NCBI GenBank assembly: GCA_963758635.1
Contig: CAVWWD010000008.1
Location: 779,215-843,214, forward strand
Source: an uncultured Candidatus Rokubacteria bacterium
Lineage (GTDB): Bacteria > Methylomirabilota > Methylomirabilia > Rokubacteriales > CSP1-6
Length of the DNA: 64,000 bases
Reading direction: 5' to 3'
Below, one piece after another: positions 62,991 to 64,000 of this stretch (the first letter of the stretch is position 1; every line of letters begins with the position of its first letter). A program made the position numbers and the translations under genes. Under the pieces are notes generated by a model. It was given only the letters and a program-made list of their open reading frames with translations. It was not told where the DNA came from and did no database searches.

Positions 62991-63736
62991 GCAGCGCCGC
63001 CCTCCGCCCTCGCGGGGTCTGCGGCGGCCAGCCGCTCGTCGTAGAAGTCGGCCAGCCCGGTGAGCAGCGGCGCCGCCGCGCCCGAGAACGACGATCCGTG
63101 CATCACGGCGAGCGCGCGCGGCGCGAGGGCGGCGAGCCGGCGGATGGTCGCTCCGGTGGCCGGCGTGAGGGCGGTGTAGCCGAACGCCTTTTCCGCCTCG
63201 ATGGCCGGGCCCACGATGTCGCCCGTGGCGAGGGCGGGCGGGTCGCCCGCGTGGGTGAAGAGGTCGCTCGTGAACAGCGTGCCGGTGGTCTCCTCGTGGA
63301 GCAGCCCCGCGTCCCAGCAGTGCGGCACGTGGGGCGTGTCCAGCCGCCGCACGCGGCGGCCGCCGAGGTCCAGCACCTCGCCGTCGGCGAGCGCGCGCGG
63401 CGGCCGCGGCGCCTGGTCGTTCAGCCAGATCGCGCACCCGATCTGCCCGTGGGTCACGGTGGCGGCGGGCGCGGCGGCCAGCCACTCTCCGAGCGCGCCG
63501 CACTCGTCGGCCTCGATGTGGCTGAAGGCGATCCAGCGCAGGCGCGCGGGGTCCATCACGCGGGTCAGGGCCCGGGAGACCGCGGGGAAGAGCGAGCGCT
63601 GGCCGCAGTGGAACAGCAGCGGCTCCTCGGCGTCGATCAGGAACTGGTTGAACGTCAGCCCGCGCGGGCCCACCGCGGGCAGGAACGTGGACAGGCGGTA
63701 GATCCGCTCGCCGATCTCGTCGACCTTCGTTTCCAT
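62951..63736 (-). CDS. MBL-fold metallo-hydrolase-like protein
   Basis: 261 aa: YRLSTFLPAVGPRGLTFNQFLIDAEEPLLFHCG, FSHIEADECGAL, LDTPHVPHCWD. Subfamily uncertain. Confidence 0.65.
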   Translation of the reverse strand: METKVDEIGERIYRLSTFLPAVGPRGLTFNQFLIDAEEPLLFHCGQRSLFPAVSRALTRVMDPARLRWIAFSHIEADECGALGEWLAAAPAATVTHGQIGCAIWLNDQAPRPPRALADGEVLDLGGRRVRRLDTPHVPHCWDAGLLHEETTGTLFTSDLFTHAGDPPALATGDIVGPAIEAEKAFGYTALTPATGATIRRLAALAPRALAVMHGSSFSGAAAPLLTGLADFYDERLAAADPARAEGGAAQLLTEPAVRPAT

Positions 63737-63741
63737 TGATC

Positions 63742-64000
63742 CTAGGCGGGGGGCAGAGGCACGAAGATCGAGACGCGGGCCTCGGGGCCCACCTCGCGCG
63801 TGGCGTGTCCCTGGCCGGTCAGGTCCTCGGCGATGAGGATGTCGCCCGGGCCGAGGCGCTTGACCGTCCCGTCACCGATCTCGATGTCCACGGCGCCCTC
63901 GAGCGTGAAGACGGCGTAGCGGCCGGGCGCGTGGTGCCACGGGTTCGAGCGCGTGGGCTCGAAGCGGCGGATGACGATGCCGCTGCCGGGGATCAGCTCG
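63742..64000 (-). CDS. cupin domain protein (5' end beyond window)
   Basis: Open minus-strand frame to the window edge: ...WHHAPGRYAVFTLEGAVDIEIGDGTVKRLGPGDILIAEDLTGQGHATREVGPEARVSIFVPLPPA-stop (TAG 63744-63742). Confidence 0.6.
   Translation of the reverse strand, partial: ELIPGSGIVIRRFEPTRSNPWHHAPGRYAVFTLEGAVDIEIGDGTVKRLGPGDILIAEDLTGQGHATREVGPEARVSIFVPLPPA

Noticed and set aside
1-64000. Searched by eye for defence systems (RM, TA, CBASS, retron, Cas), prophage, integrons, transposases and rRNA/tRNA.
   Set aside because: No diagnostic motifs or gene architectures were found. Lhr is the only nucleic-acid enzyme, and it has no nuclease or MPE partner adjacent.

Overview
Very GC-rich (about 70% by eye) 64-kb chromosomal segment, gene-dense on both strands. 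It looks like a soil or sediment MAG from a diderm, F420-using, high-GC lineage. The gene content is reminiscent of Rokubacteria/Methylomirabilota-type genomes, but that placement is inference only. All protein calls rest on family motifs I recognise in the supplied translations; no database search was run.

I recognise roughly 55 protein genes:
- A redox-heavy set: 4 luciferase-like/F420 oxidoreductases, 3 SDRs, 2 intact VOC proteins plus a remnant, 2 cupins, 2 orphan xanthine-dehydrogenase-family Mo subunits, a Zn-ADH, a nitroreductase, a DAO-type flavoprotein and an ACAD-like flavoenzyme.
- Four ABC importer operons: Pot-like, BMP/nucleoside-like, Dpp/Opp-like without ATPases, and CUT1 sugar-like.
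- ahcY behind an SAH riboswitch, a long-form Lhr helicase, an fdrA-DUF1116 pair, an orphan sensor kinase, a VPLPA/PEP-CTERM-type secreted protein with a sigma-54-type promoter, and an NRPS-like A-T didomain.

No rRNA, tRNA, CRISPR array, transposase, integrase, phage or recognisable defence genes were seen.

Most interesting signals:
1. A ~590-bp nested inverted-repeat block (two ~180-nt arms around a third palindrome) downstream of lhr. A second copy of the inner palindrome sits just upstream of lhr.
2. A ~78-nt repeat family (3 clear copies plus 1 divergent one) that starts exactly at or next to stop codons.
3. About 25 apparent frameshifts, roughly 21 of them single-base insertions. About 15 are packed into one 3-kb sugar ABC operon. 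This pattern fits a technical or non-natural cause better than ordinary gene decay.
4. Several gene remnants and deletion scars.

I did not find a convincing novel multi-gene protein system. The novel-looking content is mostly non-coding repeat architecture.
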